DNA of 64,000 nucleotides from a virus, in IMG/VR virus record IMGVR_UViG_3300046169_000069. One strand, given 5' to 3'. The notes beneath the pieces are model-generated. The model was not told where the DNA came from. It was given only the letters and a program-made list of their open reading frames with translations, and ran no database searches. Below are positions 38,137 to 48,785 of the stretch, piece after piece (the stretch's first letter is position 1; every line of letters begins with the position of its first letter). The position numbers were made by a program, and so were the translations under genes.

Positions 38137-38768
38137 GACCGTGTCCCCACTTCGACCCTAGCATTCTCTGGCAATTTTAGTTTTATGTCAGAATGCGTGT
38201 GATGTATTACAAACTGCGTGTTTTTGAACTCTTTGAAGAACGACCCCCAGATAGGACGCCAGTTGCTCGACATACGGTGTACATTCAATGGACTGCGATC
38301 GCTCTTGAGGAATTCGTCAGTGTAGCTGTCTAGATTCATGTCGAACATTGCATCGAACCCATACATATGAACTTCGTCTGCCTTCATGATACGACACGCA
38401 TAGTCGGTTGCCATATGACCACAAGAGTAGTTGGTCGCAGCATCTGATAAAGAGTGGCCCGGCAGTTGTGCGTATGGCGGTATAAAGACGTGAAACCCTT
38501 TGATGTTCACAGAGTACTTGAGATAGAACGCAGGCGTCTGTTCCATCCACTTACGTGGACGTGTGCCTAGAACCCAGTCATACTGACCAAGATCGACTTG
38601 TCCTTCGTGCAACGCCTTCATCATCTTGAAGTCTACCATACAAGAAGCGAACACTTCTTCTGGCGGCAACTTGATCGGTGGCATATTACATACCAATAAA
38701 AGACCTTCAGTGCCCCTTGTAAAAATACGTGACCCGGGCCCGTTACCTAATATATTTACTCTTTTCAT
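38112..38768 (-). CDS. Sialyltransferase/MAF-like nucleotide-sugar-binding protein
   Basis: VNILGNGP, VCN, SCGHMA, EVHMYGFD. Confidence 0.55.
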   Translation of the reverse strand: MKRVNILGNGPGSRIFTRGTEGLLLVCNMPPIKLPPEEVFASCMVDFKMMKALHEGQVDLGQYDWVLGTRPRKWMEQTPAFYLKYSVNIKGFHVFIPPYAQLPGHSLSDAATNYSCGHMATDYACRIMKADEVHMYGFDAMFDMNLDSYTDEFLKSDRSPLNVHRMSSNWRPIWGSFFKEFKNTQFVIHHTHSDIKLKLPENARVEVGTRSWKEESSK

Positions 38769-39124
38769 TTTGGTTCTCTGTGATAAGTTCCATACACACA
38801 GTGTGCAAGTTCGTGACCCCAAGTGGTCATGTGATTGTCGGATACGCCTTCAGGTACAATGACATAGATCTCACAACGAGACATCTCTCCAGTTGTTTTA
38901 GAAAGAAACCAACGCGAGTATCCGATTGCGGATTCGTCGTGGGTCTTGATGTCTTTCACTGCTTTATCAAACTCTCTTTGATTCTGAAACGTGTAGACCG
39001 TAATAGGAAATTGAATTCCACTATAGTCCTGTGTACCAGAAATTTTTTCTCTGTCCTTAGATGGTTCGCAAGAAACTAACAGGAATGTGAATAAAGCGAT
39101 TAGTACTGTTATTTTAGATTTCAT
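38765..39124 (-). CDS. Putative lipoprotein with HExxH motif
   Basis: Signal peptide with LLVSC lipobox; WGHELAHC. Confidence 0.6.
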   Translation of the reverse strand: MKSKITVLIALFTFLLVSCEPSKDREKISGTQDYSGIQFPITVYTFQNQREFDKAVKDIKTHDESAIGYSRWFLSKTTGEMSRCEIYVIVPEGVSDNHMTTWGHELAHCVYGTYHREPK

Positions 39125-39452
39125 ATCTTTCAGCATGGCCTACTTCTGTGAGTAAACTATTTAGGTTTGTTCGGTCTTCCAAAAAAACCTCGGCAAGTAT
39201 ACGACCATACTTACCTTCTTTGTATGTGATAATAGTTACCTTTGATCCCACAGGAGCGACTTTGTTTACGTACGCGGTTGCAGCAAGGCCTTTTTCCTTT
39301 TCGTCAAGGTCTCGTGTACGCTGCTCAGGAGCATCAATACCGTAAAGACGAAGGCGCTGATTAGCATAAATGAGGCCAAAACCAAGATCAATATCAACGT
39401 CGACGGTATCGCCATCAACCCATCTACGAACTGTCGCTTCATACTCGTACAT
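39114..39452 (-). CDS. Thermonuclease (SNase-like)
   Basis: VDGDTVDVDIDLGF, RLRLYGIDAPE, GKYGRILA. Confidence 0.9.
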   Translation of the reverse strand: MYEYEATVRRWVDGDTVDVDIDLGFGLIYANQRLRLYGIDAPEQRTRDLDEKEKGLAATAYVNKVAPVGSKVTIITYKEGKYGRILAEVFLEDRTNLNSLLTEVGHAERYEI

Positions 39453-39667
39453 TAGTCTGACGGAATTTGAAACGCCACCTCAAGCATATCTTGATACTCG
39501 GCGATCTGTTTAAGTTCATGTTCAAACGACTCCATAATATCGGAGTGTTCTCCAATACCCGCAGGGTTCTGCAGATATACTTCCAAGTTCGCTTTATGAT
39601 ATGCGATCTTGCCTTGTAGATGCGAAACTGTAGCTTCGATCATTCGTGTACGTAAAGGTGTGCTCAT
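39452..39667 (-). CDS. Conserved hypothetical protein
   Basis: HKANLEVYLQNPAGIGEHSDI. Confidence 0.7.
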   Translation of the reverse strand: MSTPLRTRMIEATVSHLQGKIAYHKANLEVYLQNPAGIGEHSDIMESFEHELKQIAEYQDMLEVAFQIPSD

Positions 39668-40128
39668 TATCTATCCCTTGCTTTCTCTATTGCACGAGAA
39701 CCAAACCAGAACGAAATGATGGCGGCGAAGATTGCCTTGGTGTCGTCGTCCCATAGAATGTTTAACGCCTCTGTTAGTGACATTCCGTTGTTGATTGCTT
39801 CTCGCAGTAATGTAATTTCAATTGCAGCGAACAGTATGAAAAATGCATACGTGATCACTGGCCGTACTGATTTCTGCAGTGCGGACATAAGACCCGTCCC
39901 CTGAGAAATCGCTGTGTCGTGTGCTAGAAGCGCCTTCTGCTCTTCGTGTAAACCCATCTCGGCAAACCGCTTGATCTCATGCTCGTAACCTTTGGCAGTG
40001 AGTTCAGCCATCTTCTCCATCTTCTTGAGTTCAAACTCCATACTCTTTTTAGTCTTGTAGTGTTCTGTGATCGCAGGTACGACCGAACTACCAAAACCAA
40101 GTATAGACCCTATAAGACCGCTCAACAT
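39667..40128 (-). CDS. Holin-like membrane protein (3TM-holin type)
   Basis: SVRPVITY, IISFWFGSR; hydrophobic segments. Confidence 0.65.
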   Translation of the reverse strand: MLSGLIGSILGFGSSVVPAITEHYKTKKSMEFELKKMEKMAELTAKGYEHEIKRFAEMGLHEEQKALLAHDTAISQGTGLMSALQKSVRPVITYAFFILFAAIEITLLREAINNGMSLTEALNILWDDDTKAIFAAIISFWFGSRAIEKARDR

Positions 40129-40137
40129 ATGACCTCC

Positions 40138-40796
40138 TTATTTATTCATTAGTCCACGTATCGTATCGTTGCCCTTTCTACCTGTATGGTGGATGACGAT
40201 AGGATCTTTTACCGCTACATTATCTATGTAGTCAATACGTAACGTATTATATGTGTGTGGTAGGGGATATATTTTACTCAACTTTTCTATCGGAGAATAC
40301 ATGTAGTGCAGTACTTCTTGATCCCCTGTTCTGGTGCGGACTCTGTACGTAACATCCACGACTCTAGTACGTGGTTACGGTCTGTCATTACAACGCCTGA
40401 GTTATACCAGTCTCCGTTCTGAGGCCGTCGTGTAGTCCAAGGGCGGTCAATTACCATACCCAGCTTGCCGTGTTCAAAGTGTTCCCAAATAGAGTCAATG
40501 TCACCGTCTATCTGACAGTCTGTGTCTAACCAACACACTCTAAATCCATCTAGTGTCGCGTTGTAAATCGCACGAGGTTTTTTGAACCAGCCGTCCACTG
40601 GTGATTCTGTATGAACAACATAGAAACGATTCTCATACATCGGATGTTCTTTGAGATTGGCCAACATATCACTTGACATTCCAAAGTCCGCGACCATGAG
40701 TGGTACTTCTGACCACTTAAGAAAGTTCTGCAGAAACCAAGGCAACTGCCACTCAGTATTACTGTCACATCCCGTTAAAAAATTTCTTCTATACAT
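40138..40796 (-). CDS. GT-A glycosyltransferase-like (indel near 40325)
   Basis: VADFGM, WFKKP, WLDTDC (DxD), YNSGVV, GDQEVL, YN.LR, HHTG..G. Confidence 0.75.
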
Positions 40797-41448
40797 CTAT
40801 CAACTCATACTCATTACTGTAGTTGTGTTTTGCGACGGTACCTTTATGGTTTTGCACTGTAGAAAAACTGTCGTCTGCATACGCACAATACGGATAGTAT
40901 TCTTGTAACCACCCAAATCTACTTATATGTAGGAATACGTCAGCTGGTCCGGCCTCGCGCCTCGCACGTTTTATTAATAACTTCGCGCCCATAGGCGTAA
41001 TGATGTATGCATGACAGCCAGGAAAGTGAAGGTTTAGACTGCAATGGCACCCCACCCAATCGTCGCTGGCGTGTTAAACTTTCCAAACGAGGGTTGACCA
41101 ATGTTACCGACAAAGTTTGGTGGCGTTGACGGTAAGGGTCCCAGTGACGATGGCGTCGTGTTCAAAAATTACGATGGGTTCGTTCAAACTTATGCACGTT
41201 TTCCACAACGTGTAATGAGAGAGAAAACAAGCAATACAGTTGTCTCGTTTTGAATACTTGTCATCAAACTTTTCTGTATTAACTATTCCGACATTAACGC
41301 ACAACTTATCAACATCATCTTTTGGTGTGATCGCAGCCATTGTCTCAATATTCAGTCCATACTTTTTACCCGACGCAATACATCTCTCTGCGGATAGTCG
41401 CGACTGTACATTACTGTTGATCGTGATAACAAATGCTCTCATACGCAC
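40789..41448 (-). CDS. Glycosyltransferase family 25 (split by indels)
   Basis: AFVITI, IACFLSHYTLW, IFEHDA, GCHAYIITP.GA..L, PAD. Confidence 0.8.
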
Positions 41449-41457
41449 CTCATAGAC

Positions 41458-41490
41458 AAAAAAAAGACAGGTCGGTTTCCCTTCCTGTCT
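41458..41490 (-). terminator. Intrinsic terminator
   Basis: Minus strand AGACAGG-AA-GG-GAAA-CC-GA-CCUGUCU followed by a U-tract. Confidence 0.75.
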
Positions 41491-41513
41491 CTTATATAGT
41501 TTGACGTTAAGTA

Positions 41514-42213
41514 TTACAGTGAAGCAACAAATTCGTCAATCTCTTCTGCTTGTTCTTTTGATAAGAACTCTTTGTGAATACCCACGCGATCCAAAAGACC
41601 CGGCGATTTGACTTCACTGCGCAGCTCGCGAACATTGCATTCCTGTACAACTAAGTCTACAATGTCAAAAGACACTTCACGTTTTGCTTGACCAAACGTT
41701 CCTAGTTCTGGGTTGTCTTGACGTGGAACTAAAAAGTTGACCAACTTAGTCAAAAACACTTGTGGTTCTTCAACTAACTGTTCATATGAGAATTCAAACT
41801 CATAGACTAGTTCGGACGCTTCCTTTTCAAAAGCGGCTTACTAAATCAAATCCCAAAGAACTATCACGAAAATCTTCCCACATCATATCTGGGGCAAAGG
41901 TCTTCCATGTATGAACCATTGCGTCTTTGTAATCGCGAGTCATTCTGAAAAGACAAGTTGTCGCAGACTTAGACAGTCTCTCTAGAGTAAAAACATCTTC
42001 AACAGGGGTGTGTCCCATGCTAGTTGCAAGAAGAGGCTTCCATAACCACTGGTAAGCAGCAGCTGATACTTCTAGGTTAGTTATATCTTTAGGCAAGCTT
42101 TGATTAAAACGGACATACATCCCGTACATGTTCTGTGCAAAGTCTGCACCCGAACAAACACCACCTACCATGTAGTGATCTTCTAGAGATACTAGTGAGT
42201 ATACTTCTTCCAT
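41514..42213 (-). CDS. Hypothetical late protein (ORFs 41827-42213 and 41514-41759 probably one gene)
   Basis: Adjacent ORFs; the frame of the second extends upstream to about 41820; late promoter upstream. Confidence 0.5.
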
Positions 42214-42266
42214 TTTGGTTTTATTCCTCTTTTTTGGACTGCGTGATTAACACAATTAGATGAATG

Positions 42267-42274
42267 TATTTATA
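42267..42274 (-). promoter_or_regulatory. Late promoter TATAAATA
   Basis: Exact motif. Confidence 0.75.
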
Positions 42275-42478
42275 CTAATTCTGTTCCTTATACATTGTCC
42301 AAAGTCCATAAAGTACACCGCCATATGCGCCAAATGTAAGAATAGACTCAAAAAGAATGTAACTACCGCACAATGCGACAATGACAACACCATCATATGT
42401 GGTACGTTCGCCTAGACGTGACATCACCCATTGCTTTGCAAGTGATGCGTATAATGATACTGCAGATAAATTAAACAT
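42275..42478 (-). CDS. Small membrane protein
   Basis: RLGERTTYDG followed by two hydrophobic helices. Confidence 0.6.
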   Translation of the reverse strand: MFNLSAVSLYASLAKQWVMSRLGERTTYDGVVIVALCGSYILFESILTFGAYGGVLYGLWTMYKEQN

Positions 42479-42480
42479 AG

Positions 42481-43467
42481 TTAGTCCCTATAATCGTTAA
42501 GTGTAAAGTTTGTTCCGTGCATCTTCATTAAATCTCTCTCGTGATTGGTGTAAACCAATACTTCTGGATCATCAATGAGGAAGTCACAGTTTTTACAGAA
42601 GTCTGGATAGTCCCCTGTACGATGTTGTTCACGAAGTTTTTCGTACTCTTCACCAAAGAAGATATCTAAGATGTTATCTTCTGAACAGTGACCAAGTACG
42701 GCCTCTTCATCGCGACCTAGAACCTGACAACACGGGTGAACCGCACCCGTCTCGCCTTCTAGACCACCGGCACGAATTACTACATCGGGCGAGAACGGAC
42801 GACCACAAGTCTTTACTTGTCCCTGTCGTGCGTTGTCTCCGATATCCCATGCGCCAGACCAGTTGTGCATCTTCCAGATCTCTGTCTTGACGCCCAACTC
42901 CTCGACTAACGCTTTATATTTAGTGAGTTCCTCATCTATCTTTTCGTTGTCGGTGATTAAGTGATAGGTAGACACTACGCAATCTGCGCCTGTCTCATTT
43001 ACATAGGAAACCATTTCCTGAATGTTGCGCTTGATCTGCGCGTAGTGCCCACCTACAGCATTGTACATCCACTTGGTATAGTCTTGTTCGTCTGCACCAA
43101 TGAATGAAAACCGATAGAAGTCCAGTCCCGCGTCTACACAGTCGCGCATGTACTGACCTTCCATTTTAAATCCGTTAGAGAAGATGAACGCCTTTGCGCC
43201 ATACTTCTTACATATCTTAATATACTCAGGCAAGTTCTTAGCCATCGTCGCCTCGCCTGACCCATCTAAGTTGACTACGTTCAGGCCATACTGTGCGCAG
43301 TCAGCGACGTACTTCTCAAACTCATCCACTTTCATGATGCGCCGAAACCCTTTGTGGCGGCCGCCCTCACGTAGATCTTGTGGACACATAGAACACGAGT
43401 AGTTACATCCCCCCGCTACCTCAATCACGGCACGGTCAATTTGAAATGTTTCTCTAGTCATTTCCAT
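42481..43467 (-). CDS. Radical SAM protein with SPASM/Twitch domain
   Basis: CNYSCSMC (CxxxCxxC), GSGEA, C-terminal CGRPF...VHPCC...CKNC. Confidence 0.92.
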   Translation of the reverse strand: MEMTRETFQIDRAVIEVAGGCNYSCSMCPQDLREGGRHKGFRRIMKVDEFEKYVADCAQYGLNVVNLDGSGEATMAKNLPEYIKICKKYGAKAFIFSNGFKMEGQYMRDCVDAGLDFYRFSFIGADEQDYTKWMYNAVGGHYAQIKRNIQEMVSYVNETGADCVVSTYHLITDNEKIDEELTKYKALVEELGVKTEIWKMHNWSGAWDIGDNARQGQVKTCGRPFSPDVVIRAGGLEGETGAVHPCCQVLGRDEEAVLGHCSEDNILDIFFGEEYEKLREQHRTGDYPDFCKNCDFLIDDPEVLVYTNHERDLMKMHGTNFTLNDYRD

Positions 43468-44338
43468 AGTATTGATTCATCCTATTCTCATAGTCAACTG
43501 CTTTATTCTTTGCGTGACCTAATAGATCACCTGTATGTTCTAACCACCACCAAACGTTACGATCGTCATAGTGCGTCTCAGGGTTCAACCTAAGCGCATT
43601 AGGTGTATGGTATTTAGTCACGCCTTCACCACTGATTACGGCGAGAGGTCGCGCAAAGTTCTTCGCGACATAATGCCAAATCCCGTCGTAACAAATCACC
43701 ATCCGTGCAGTAGAGATAAGGTGCATTGCTTCAGATGCTGGTGTACGATACGATAGTTCGTGTAACTCGAACCCCATCGCCTTGAAGTGTATAATCAACT
43801 GTTCCCAGTCTTCGTTATCGAACAACCGTTTCCATGTGCGAGGTTTCTCTGCGTTCCATGTCGGCCGCCAGAACACGATACGTTTGGGGGCGTACTCTTG
43901 AAACGCATCTTGCCGAAAGATCCAATCGTTGTTCGGCGCAGGGGATCCCCGATCGTCTTTGTAGTATCCTGATTGAAACCAGAACCTATTCTTGGGCCCG
44001 TGAGAGTTTATAGCTGCTATTCTACGTTCACCATTCGACTCCAAAACAACATCATCGTCAAACTTCCAATCACGGTATCGGCCGTTCGCGTTAAAGATGT
44101 GATGTATCTCTACGCGATCTTGTTGGTGGTAGAAGTTGTGGATGTAGTCACATCGTTCGATGATCGTCTCAGGATCTTCGAAGTGATGAAGATAGTCTGG
44201 TCCGTGTTCCCAATGAAGTTCTAGATTGATCTTTCGGACATTATGATCAGCCGCGTAACGATGGCAGGCATTGAGTGCCCACATAAAATCACCGACGCCT
44301 GGGGTACCGCGCCAGGTAACGAGCTCGGACGGTTTCAT
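43454..44338 (-). CDS. GT-B/heptosyltransferase-like protein
   Basis: GVGDF..ALN, W..L, ISTARMVICYDGIWHYVA. Confidence 0.5.
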   Translation of the reverse strand: MKPSELVTWRGTPGVGDFMWALNACHRYAADHNVRKINLELHWEHGPDYLHHFEDPETIIERCDYIHNFYHQQDRVEIHHIFNANGRYRDWKFDDDVVLESNGERRIAAINSHGPKNRFWFQSGYYKDDRGSPAPNNDWIFRQDAFQEYAPKRIVFWRPTWNAEKPRTWKRLFDNEDWEQLIIHFKAMGFELHELSYRTPASEAMHLISTARMVICYDGIWHYVAKNFARPLAVISGEGVTKYHTPNALRLNPETHYDDRNVWWWLEHTGDLLGHAKNKAVDYENRMNQYYGND

Positions 44339-44673
44339 TAATTCGTCTTAATACTCTTGACTTTACGTGCTGAACCTGTAGACGTGTACAGACCAAACCA
44401 TGCAGCCCCCGCACCGACTACGACAGAGATAAGACCTGCCTGTGACGCGTTAGGCTCTGGTAGAGACATAAACCACTGAGTTGTCTGTATGAGCAGGTAC
44501 AGATAAGTACCAATGAATGCACGAGGGAATAATCTGTATGCATCAATTACGTCTGCGAATTGTAGTAGGGACTCGAATTTATTATATTCCGGCGCCTTCT
44601 GAGTTGTATCTAACTCAATCTCTACTTGCAGTTTCTTTTTCTCTACTACTGGTACTGCTGCTTCTTCTGTCAT
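44338..44673 (-). CDS. Two-TM membrane protein (holin-like)
   Basis: DAYRLFPR, WFMSLPEP..SQAGLISVVVGAGAAWFGLY. Confidence 0.65.
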   Translation of the reverse strand: MTEEAAVPVVEKKKLQVEIELDTTQKAPEYNKFESLLQFADVIDAYRLFPRAFIGTYLYLLIQTTQWFMSLPEPNASQAGLISVVVGAGAAWFGLYTSTGSARKVKSIKTN

Positions 44674-44943
44674 TTAGCTAAACCTTTTTTGTATCCATTT
44701 ATATATGGCATATATTGAAAGACCATAAAACGCAAGTACACTCATTGGTAGACCGATATAGATCAACTCCCACGGGTGAAGAAACAACAACTCCCACGAA
44801 AGATCTACGATTGCCTGTACGTCACTTGTTCTAGAAACATCTGACATATCCATGGCAAGATCATATTCTTCAACTATGCCATTCCATGTGTCGATGTCCA
44901 TACAGACCAGATCGTCTGGGCAGATAAATTCTTCTTCCATCAC
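44674..44943 (-). CDS. Small membrane protein
   Basis: Acidic N-terminus with C-terminal TM. Confidence 0.6.
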   Translation of the reverse strand: MMEEEFICPDDLVCMDIDTWNGIVEEYDLAMDMSDVSRTSDVQAIVDLSWELLFLHPWELIYIGLPMSVLAFYGLSIYAIYKWIQKRFS

Positions 44944-45134
44944 TTTGCCTTGAAATCTTTCGGATCACCGTTGATCAGTTCTTTAGCTTTTGTTTCCCAG
45001 ATCCAAGGGCACAAACCGTGTACAAAAGAAACAAAAGAGATTGTCCAAGCCCGTCGTAGATGTTCGAAATAACCCAATTCAATCTCTTTCAGATGTTTGG
45101 TCAGAAAACCTTTACGTCGTATTTTTGTTGCCAT
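44940..45134 (-). CDS. DUF6356-like small protein
   Basis: HLKE...YFEHLRRAW....VHGLCP; true start may be internal. Confidence 0.55.
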   Translation of the reverse strand: MATKIRRKGFLTKHLKEIELGYFEHLRRAWTISFVSFVHGLCPWIWETKAKELINGDPKDFKAK

Positions 45135-46606
45135 AATTCTGCGTCGTGTTCGTCGTTGACCATTGGTCGACCACGTATGTTTAAACTAGTATTTAGTAAC
45201 ATTGGCACGCCGGTACGATCATAATATTCTTCGATGACCTTGCGGAACACCGACTCGCAATCCTTGCGCACAATCTGTACTCGTGCAGTACCGTCCACAT
45301 GTGTGACGGGTGCATAGTCATGCTTCGCCCACGAAGTAAACTGCATGTGTTCGTTCATCGGACCATCGAAATACTCCTCTGCATATTCCTCTAGGATTGC
45401 AGGAGCAAATGGACGGTACTTCTGACGACGTTTGATCGTATTGACCGTGTCCTGTACGTCGAATCTTACATCAGCGATAAGAGATCGGTTGCCAAGAGCT
45501 CTAGGGCCAAACTCAGCCCTTCCATTAGCAATGCCACAATACTTATGTTCAAGTAGATGGTCAACGACAGCACTGGGATCAATAGGATTGGTAATATCAT
45601 ATCCCGCATATGGACTCCAAATAAGTTTATCTTTACCTGTTGCTTTTGCCCATGAACGTGCGGCAGTACCTAGACCTGAACCAGCGTCCGTTGGTGATAC
45701 TGCAATGTGCACTTCGTCAAACAACTCAAACAAACGCGAGTTGATTACGACGTTCTGTGCGCACCCCCCAGAGTAACACAACTTCTTACCATATTTAGAC
45801 GCCTCGCGCATTATACCCATGATCGCGTAGTCTGCAAAGTCTTGGACCGCACGTGCCGCAACTTTATCTTCTACCGAAAGAACGCGTCTCTGGTATTCTT
45901 TACGAAACTGCAGTCTATCTTGTTCACGTTTAGACTCATAACCACCGACCGCAACACCCATTGCAACTTCTGGTGCGATGTCTTCTAGGTTGTCATACCA
46001 ATTGATCAACCAATTAGTGAGTTCCATAGACCTTTCATCGGTGTCGTGATAAGCAGACAGCCCCATTACGACATATTCGTCTTCAAGGGGACGTAGTCCC
46101 AAGAACTTGGTGACCATTGTATATGCAAGACCGACCGACTTAGGGTAGTGCCACTCTTTGATTAAATTGAACTTGTGGTCCATGATGCAGGCGGTCTGCA
46201 ACTCACCAACACCATCGATAGAGACTAGGACAGTATCTTCAGATGAATCCCACGGACGCGTGTAGAACGCAGAAGCGCAGTGCGACTCGTGATGTAGATG
46301 ATGTGCGTCGTAGACTGACGCTTCTGGATAGGGGAACTGTTCAAACGCTTCAGAAAATCTAATGCTTTCTGGGTTTCTAGCTGTACCTTCCACTCCGCCA
46401 CGTATATCAAACTTAACGACATGGTCTTCATAGAAAGACACATGGTCATCATCATTTATCATATCCCATAATACATCGGGTATGTTAGCGTCGTTTTTCT
46501 TTTTGGAGTATCGTTCTCCGTGCGTAGCAAATTCTACAACGCCATCTTCATTGATGATCGCTAAGCCTGCGTCGTGATAGAATTCGCTGTAACCTACGTA
46601 TCTCAT
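45101..46606 (-). CDS. O-carbamoyltransferase (NodU/CmcH/TobZ family)
   Basis: HDAG, ERYSKKKND, HHESH.ASAFY, IDGVGE, YSGGCAQN, DAG..LG, EFGPRALGNRS, RPFAP, HVDGTARVQ, LLNTSLN. Confidence 0.95.
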   Translation of the reverse strand: MRYVGYSEFYHDAGLAIINEDGVVEFATHGERYSKKKNDANIPDVLWDMINDDDHVSFYEDHVVKFDIRGGVEGTARNPESIRFSEAFEQFPYPEASVYDAHHLHHESHCASAFYTRPWDSSEDTVLVSIDGVGELQTACIMDHKFNLIKEWHYPKSVGLAYTMVTKFLGLRPLEDEYVVMGLSAYHDTDERSMELTNWLINWYDNLEDIAPEVAMGVAVGGYESKREQDRLQFRKEYQRRVLSVEDKVAARAVQDFADYAIMGIMREASKYGKKLCYSGGCAQNVVINSRLFELFDEVHIAVSPTDAGSGLGTAARSWAKATGKDKLIWSPYAGYDITNPIDPSAVVDHLLEHKYCGIANGRAEFGPRALGNRSLIADVRFDVQDTVNTIKRRQKYRPFAPAILEEYAEEYFDGPMNEHMQFTSWAKHDYAPVTHVDGTARVQIVRKDCESVFRKVIEEYYDRTGVPMLLNTSLNIRGRPMVNDEHDAELWQQKYDVKVF

Positions 46607-46617
46607 TTTTCACCTAT

Positions 46618-46642
46618 AAAAAAGGGGGACCGAAGTCCCCCA
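46618..46642 (-). terminator. Intrinsic terminator
   Basis: GGGGGAC-UUCG-GUCCCCC followed by a U-tract. Confidence 0.9.
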
Positions 46643-46661
46643 ACATGCTACCTTGAGCGGG

Positions 46662-47234
46662 TTATTCTCCAATTACGTAGTTATATATGTCTTTCCAATT
46701 ACGCATCAATGGGAACTCGCTGTCCTGATTGTACCCGTGCGACATGACTATAGACTCCAGACCTACCTTCGCGCCAGCGACGGCATTCTCTACCTTGTCC
46801 TCTACCCACAGACATCCTGTGTCGCGGTAGAATTCTAGCTCTTCATCTTTGTCCGCGCCGGTATCAAGATACACATACTTCTCGAATACTGTTGGGCCGA
46901 ACAACTCTTGGAGATTCTTAGTGCGCAGGTGTTGTGCGTATTCGTCGTTACTCAGAGACGTGATCGCGTGGAATACGTAACCGTGCTCTTCGTGTAACTT
47001 ACGTACATACTTCATTGCGTCTCGTAGGGGCGGTACCTTACGGATTGTCGCACTCTCATTGAACATACGACAGAGTCGTCGCTTCTCGTTGCGTTCCAGA
47101 CCGTACATAACGCCAACGTCATATACATCTGGGTTCTTGATCATATAGTTATGACGTTTCATCCACTGTTGGAATGAGTACACCCAATCAAGCAGTACTC
47201 CGTCACAGTCTACCAATATAACCTTATCTCGCAT
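46662..47234 (-). CDS. HAD-family 5'-nucleotidase-like (T4 30.2-like)
   Basis: LVDCDGVLLDW, AITS, WVEDK..NA. Confidence 0.85.
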   Translation of the reverse strand: MRDKVILVDCDGVLLDWVYSFQQWMKRHNYMIKNPDVYDVGVMYGLERNEKRRLCRMFNESATIRKVPPLRDAMKYVRKLHEEHGYVFHAITSLSNDEYAQHLRTKNLQELFGPTVFEKYVYLDTGADKDEELEFYRDTGCLWVEDKVENAVAGAKVGLESIVMSHGYNQDSEFPLMRNWKDIYNYVIGE

Positions 47235-47428
47235 TACGCCTCCGTTAGGAACTGAACAATTCCAGTTCCCCCTTGTCGTACATCATTTAGAATCTCGTAC
47301 ACTTGGCTTGGGGTGTACCCATAGTCTTGCAAGGCAAGTTGAATGCCGCCCCAGTCGGCTGCCCCTGTTGGAGATTGATACACATAGTGACGAACTAAAT
47401 CTTCTACTAATTGTTGACTCGCTCTCAT
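47234..47428 (-). CDS. Hypothetical protein
   Basis: AGGAG RBS after an early promoter. Confidence 0.6.
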   Translation of the reverse strand: MRASQQLVEDLVRHYVYQSPTGAADWGGIQLALQDYGYTPSQVYEILNDVRQGGTGIVQFLTEA

Positions 47429-47457
47429 ACTACTACTCCTTTCACATTTCAAAAACA

Positions 47458-47486
47458 ATTATAACGCAGATAAAAGTGTCTGTCAA
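47458..47486 (-). promoter_or_regulatory. Early promoter TTGACA-N17-TATAAT
   Basis: Minus strand TTGACAgacacttttatctgcgtTATAAT. Confidence 0.85.
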
Positions 47487-47512
47487 CACTTATTTTCAAT
47501 AAATGTAAATAT

Positions 47513-48332
47513 TTACTGTGTCTTATATCGCTTGTCATTCCAGTGCTGCAACATGTCCAGCTTCCACTCGCCACCCGTGTAGTGACAGAACTTTGCCTTC
47601 TCAAAGAACTCTGCTTCGGATGCGTAGTGCGGTGCTGTCATTCCATGTTTGGTCTATAGTCTCGACATCAAAGTCGTGTTTCATCAACTGAGATGAAATA
47701 TAGGGTTGATCGTTCATGATGGACATGTGGAAATCGCCGGAGTAACACCAGTCTTCCCAGTTCATAAACTCCTCACGCGCACGTAGGCGCGCCTCACGCG
47801 TCCAGAGAACGACCCCTGTATTCATAATCATTAGTTTAGAAGGTTTGTTAGGCGGCATTACAGGGACAATGGGACAGTCATGCATCTCGAACTTACGACA
47901 GAAATCTCTGTAGGTAGAATCTTTGTAATCCCACGAGTTGTACCCACCACCCGATGCAGTAACAAAGTCTGACTCTAGGACACCGTAGACATCGGCACCA
48001 GACTCCATTACGTCAAATATGTTTTCTTCGGTATTGACCACGATGTCTGTATCTGCGAACAACAGATTGTCATAGTCATCAAAGATAGGATCTAGCCAGA
48101 CACGAGCGCACTCGTGTAGTAGAGAGGTAGAACAACCGTGTCCTTTGGTAACGACACGTTCGTCTGAATAGAAGTGAGTTGCGCCTATTTTATCGGCATA
48201 GTCTTCAAAAGACTCTCGCGAGATTCGTGCAACTTCTTGGTAGAGATCAGAACGATTCCAATCTCCGATGCGGCCTCGTTTATCGACCGCCTCCGTAACA
48301 ATCATATATTGAAAGATGGCGTTTCGGGACAT
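47513..48332 (-). CDS. GT-A glycosyltransferase-like (indel near 47635)
   Basis: YADKIGA, LFADTD (DxD), NTGVV, DQPY, WN, shifted FCHYTG. Confidence 0.75.
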
Positions 48333-48768
48333 TTTCTAACCTCGTCATAAGTCGTTCAGCACGATTGCTTACTTGACGGTACCATAATGAATCACGACCT
48401 TCAGCGGCCGCAGTTTCCCAGTCATCTCTATATAGAGCTGCCTGCATCTTCTTAAACTTGGACAAACGTGGTCGCCCAAGATTGAACATCATATTAACCA
48501 GTATCTGCTTGACTTCGTCTGGAAACTTATGCCACCCGTTTCCGTATAACACAGTGCATTCTGCGAGTGCGGTGTTAAGGTCGGATTCGAAAGCTTCGGC
48601 GACTCTTTCTTCGGATACTTTAGTTCCGATTGGGTATCCATGCTCGGGGTCACTCTCTGTGATGAGATGTCCAACACCGAACGTGGGATAGTTGAGATGG
48701 TCGAGGTAAATCTCATAGACGACTCCTTCGTCAATCTTTAGTTGTTCAAATACAGCATTACGATTCAT
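48280..48768 (-). CDS. e: T4-type lysozyme (GH24)
   Basis: LKIDEG...YLDHL.YPTFGVGH, LVNMMFNLG, DSLWY.Q..NRA.R. Confidence 0.9.
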   Translation of the reverse strand: MNRNAVFEQLKIDEGVVYEIYLDHLNYPTFGVGHLITESDPEHGYPIGTKVSEERVAEAFESDLNTALAECTVLYGNGWHKFPDEVKQILVNMMFNLGRPRLSKFKKMQAALYRDDWETAAAEGRDSLWYRQVSNRAERLMTRLENVPKRHLSIYDCYGGGR

Positions 48769-48785
48769 GTTGTATTATACTCCAA

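Noticed and set aside
47502-47518. Palindrome GTAAATATTTAC upstream of the 47458 promoter as a seventh box
   Set aside because: Lacks the TGTG/CACA arms and does not match the 8 or 19 bp spacing; left out of the motif set.
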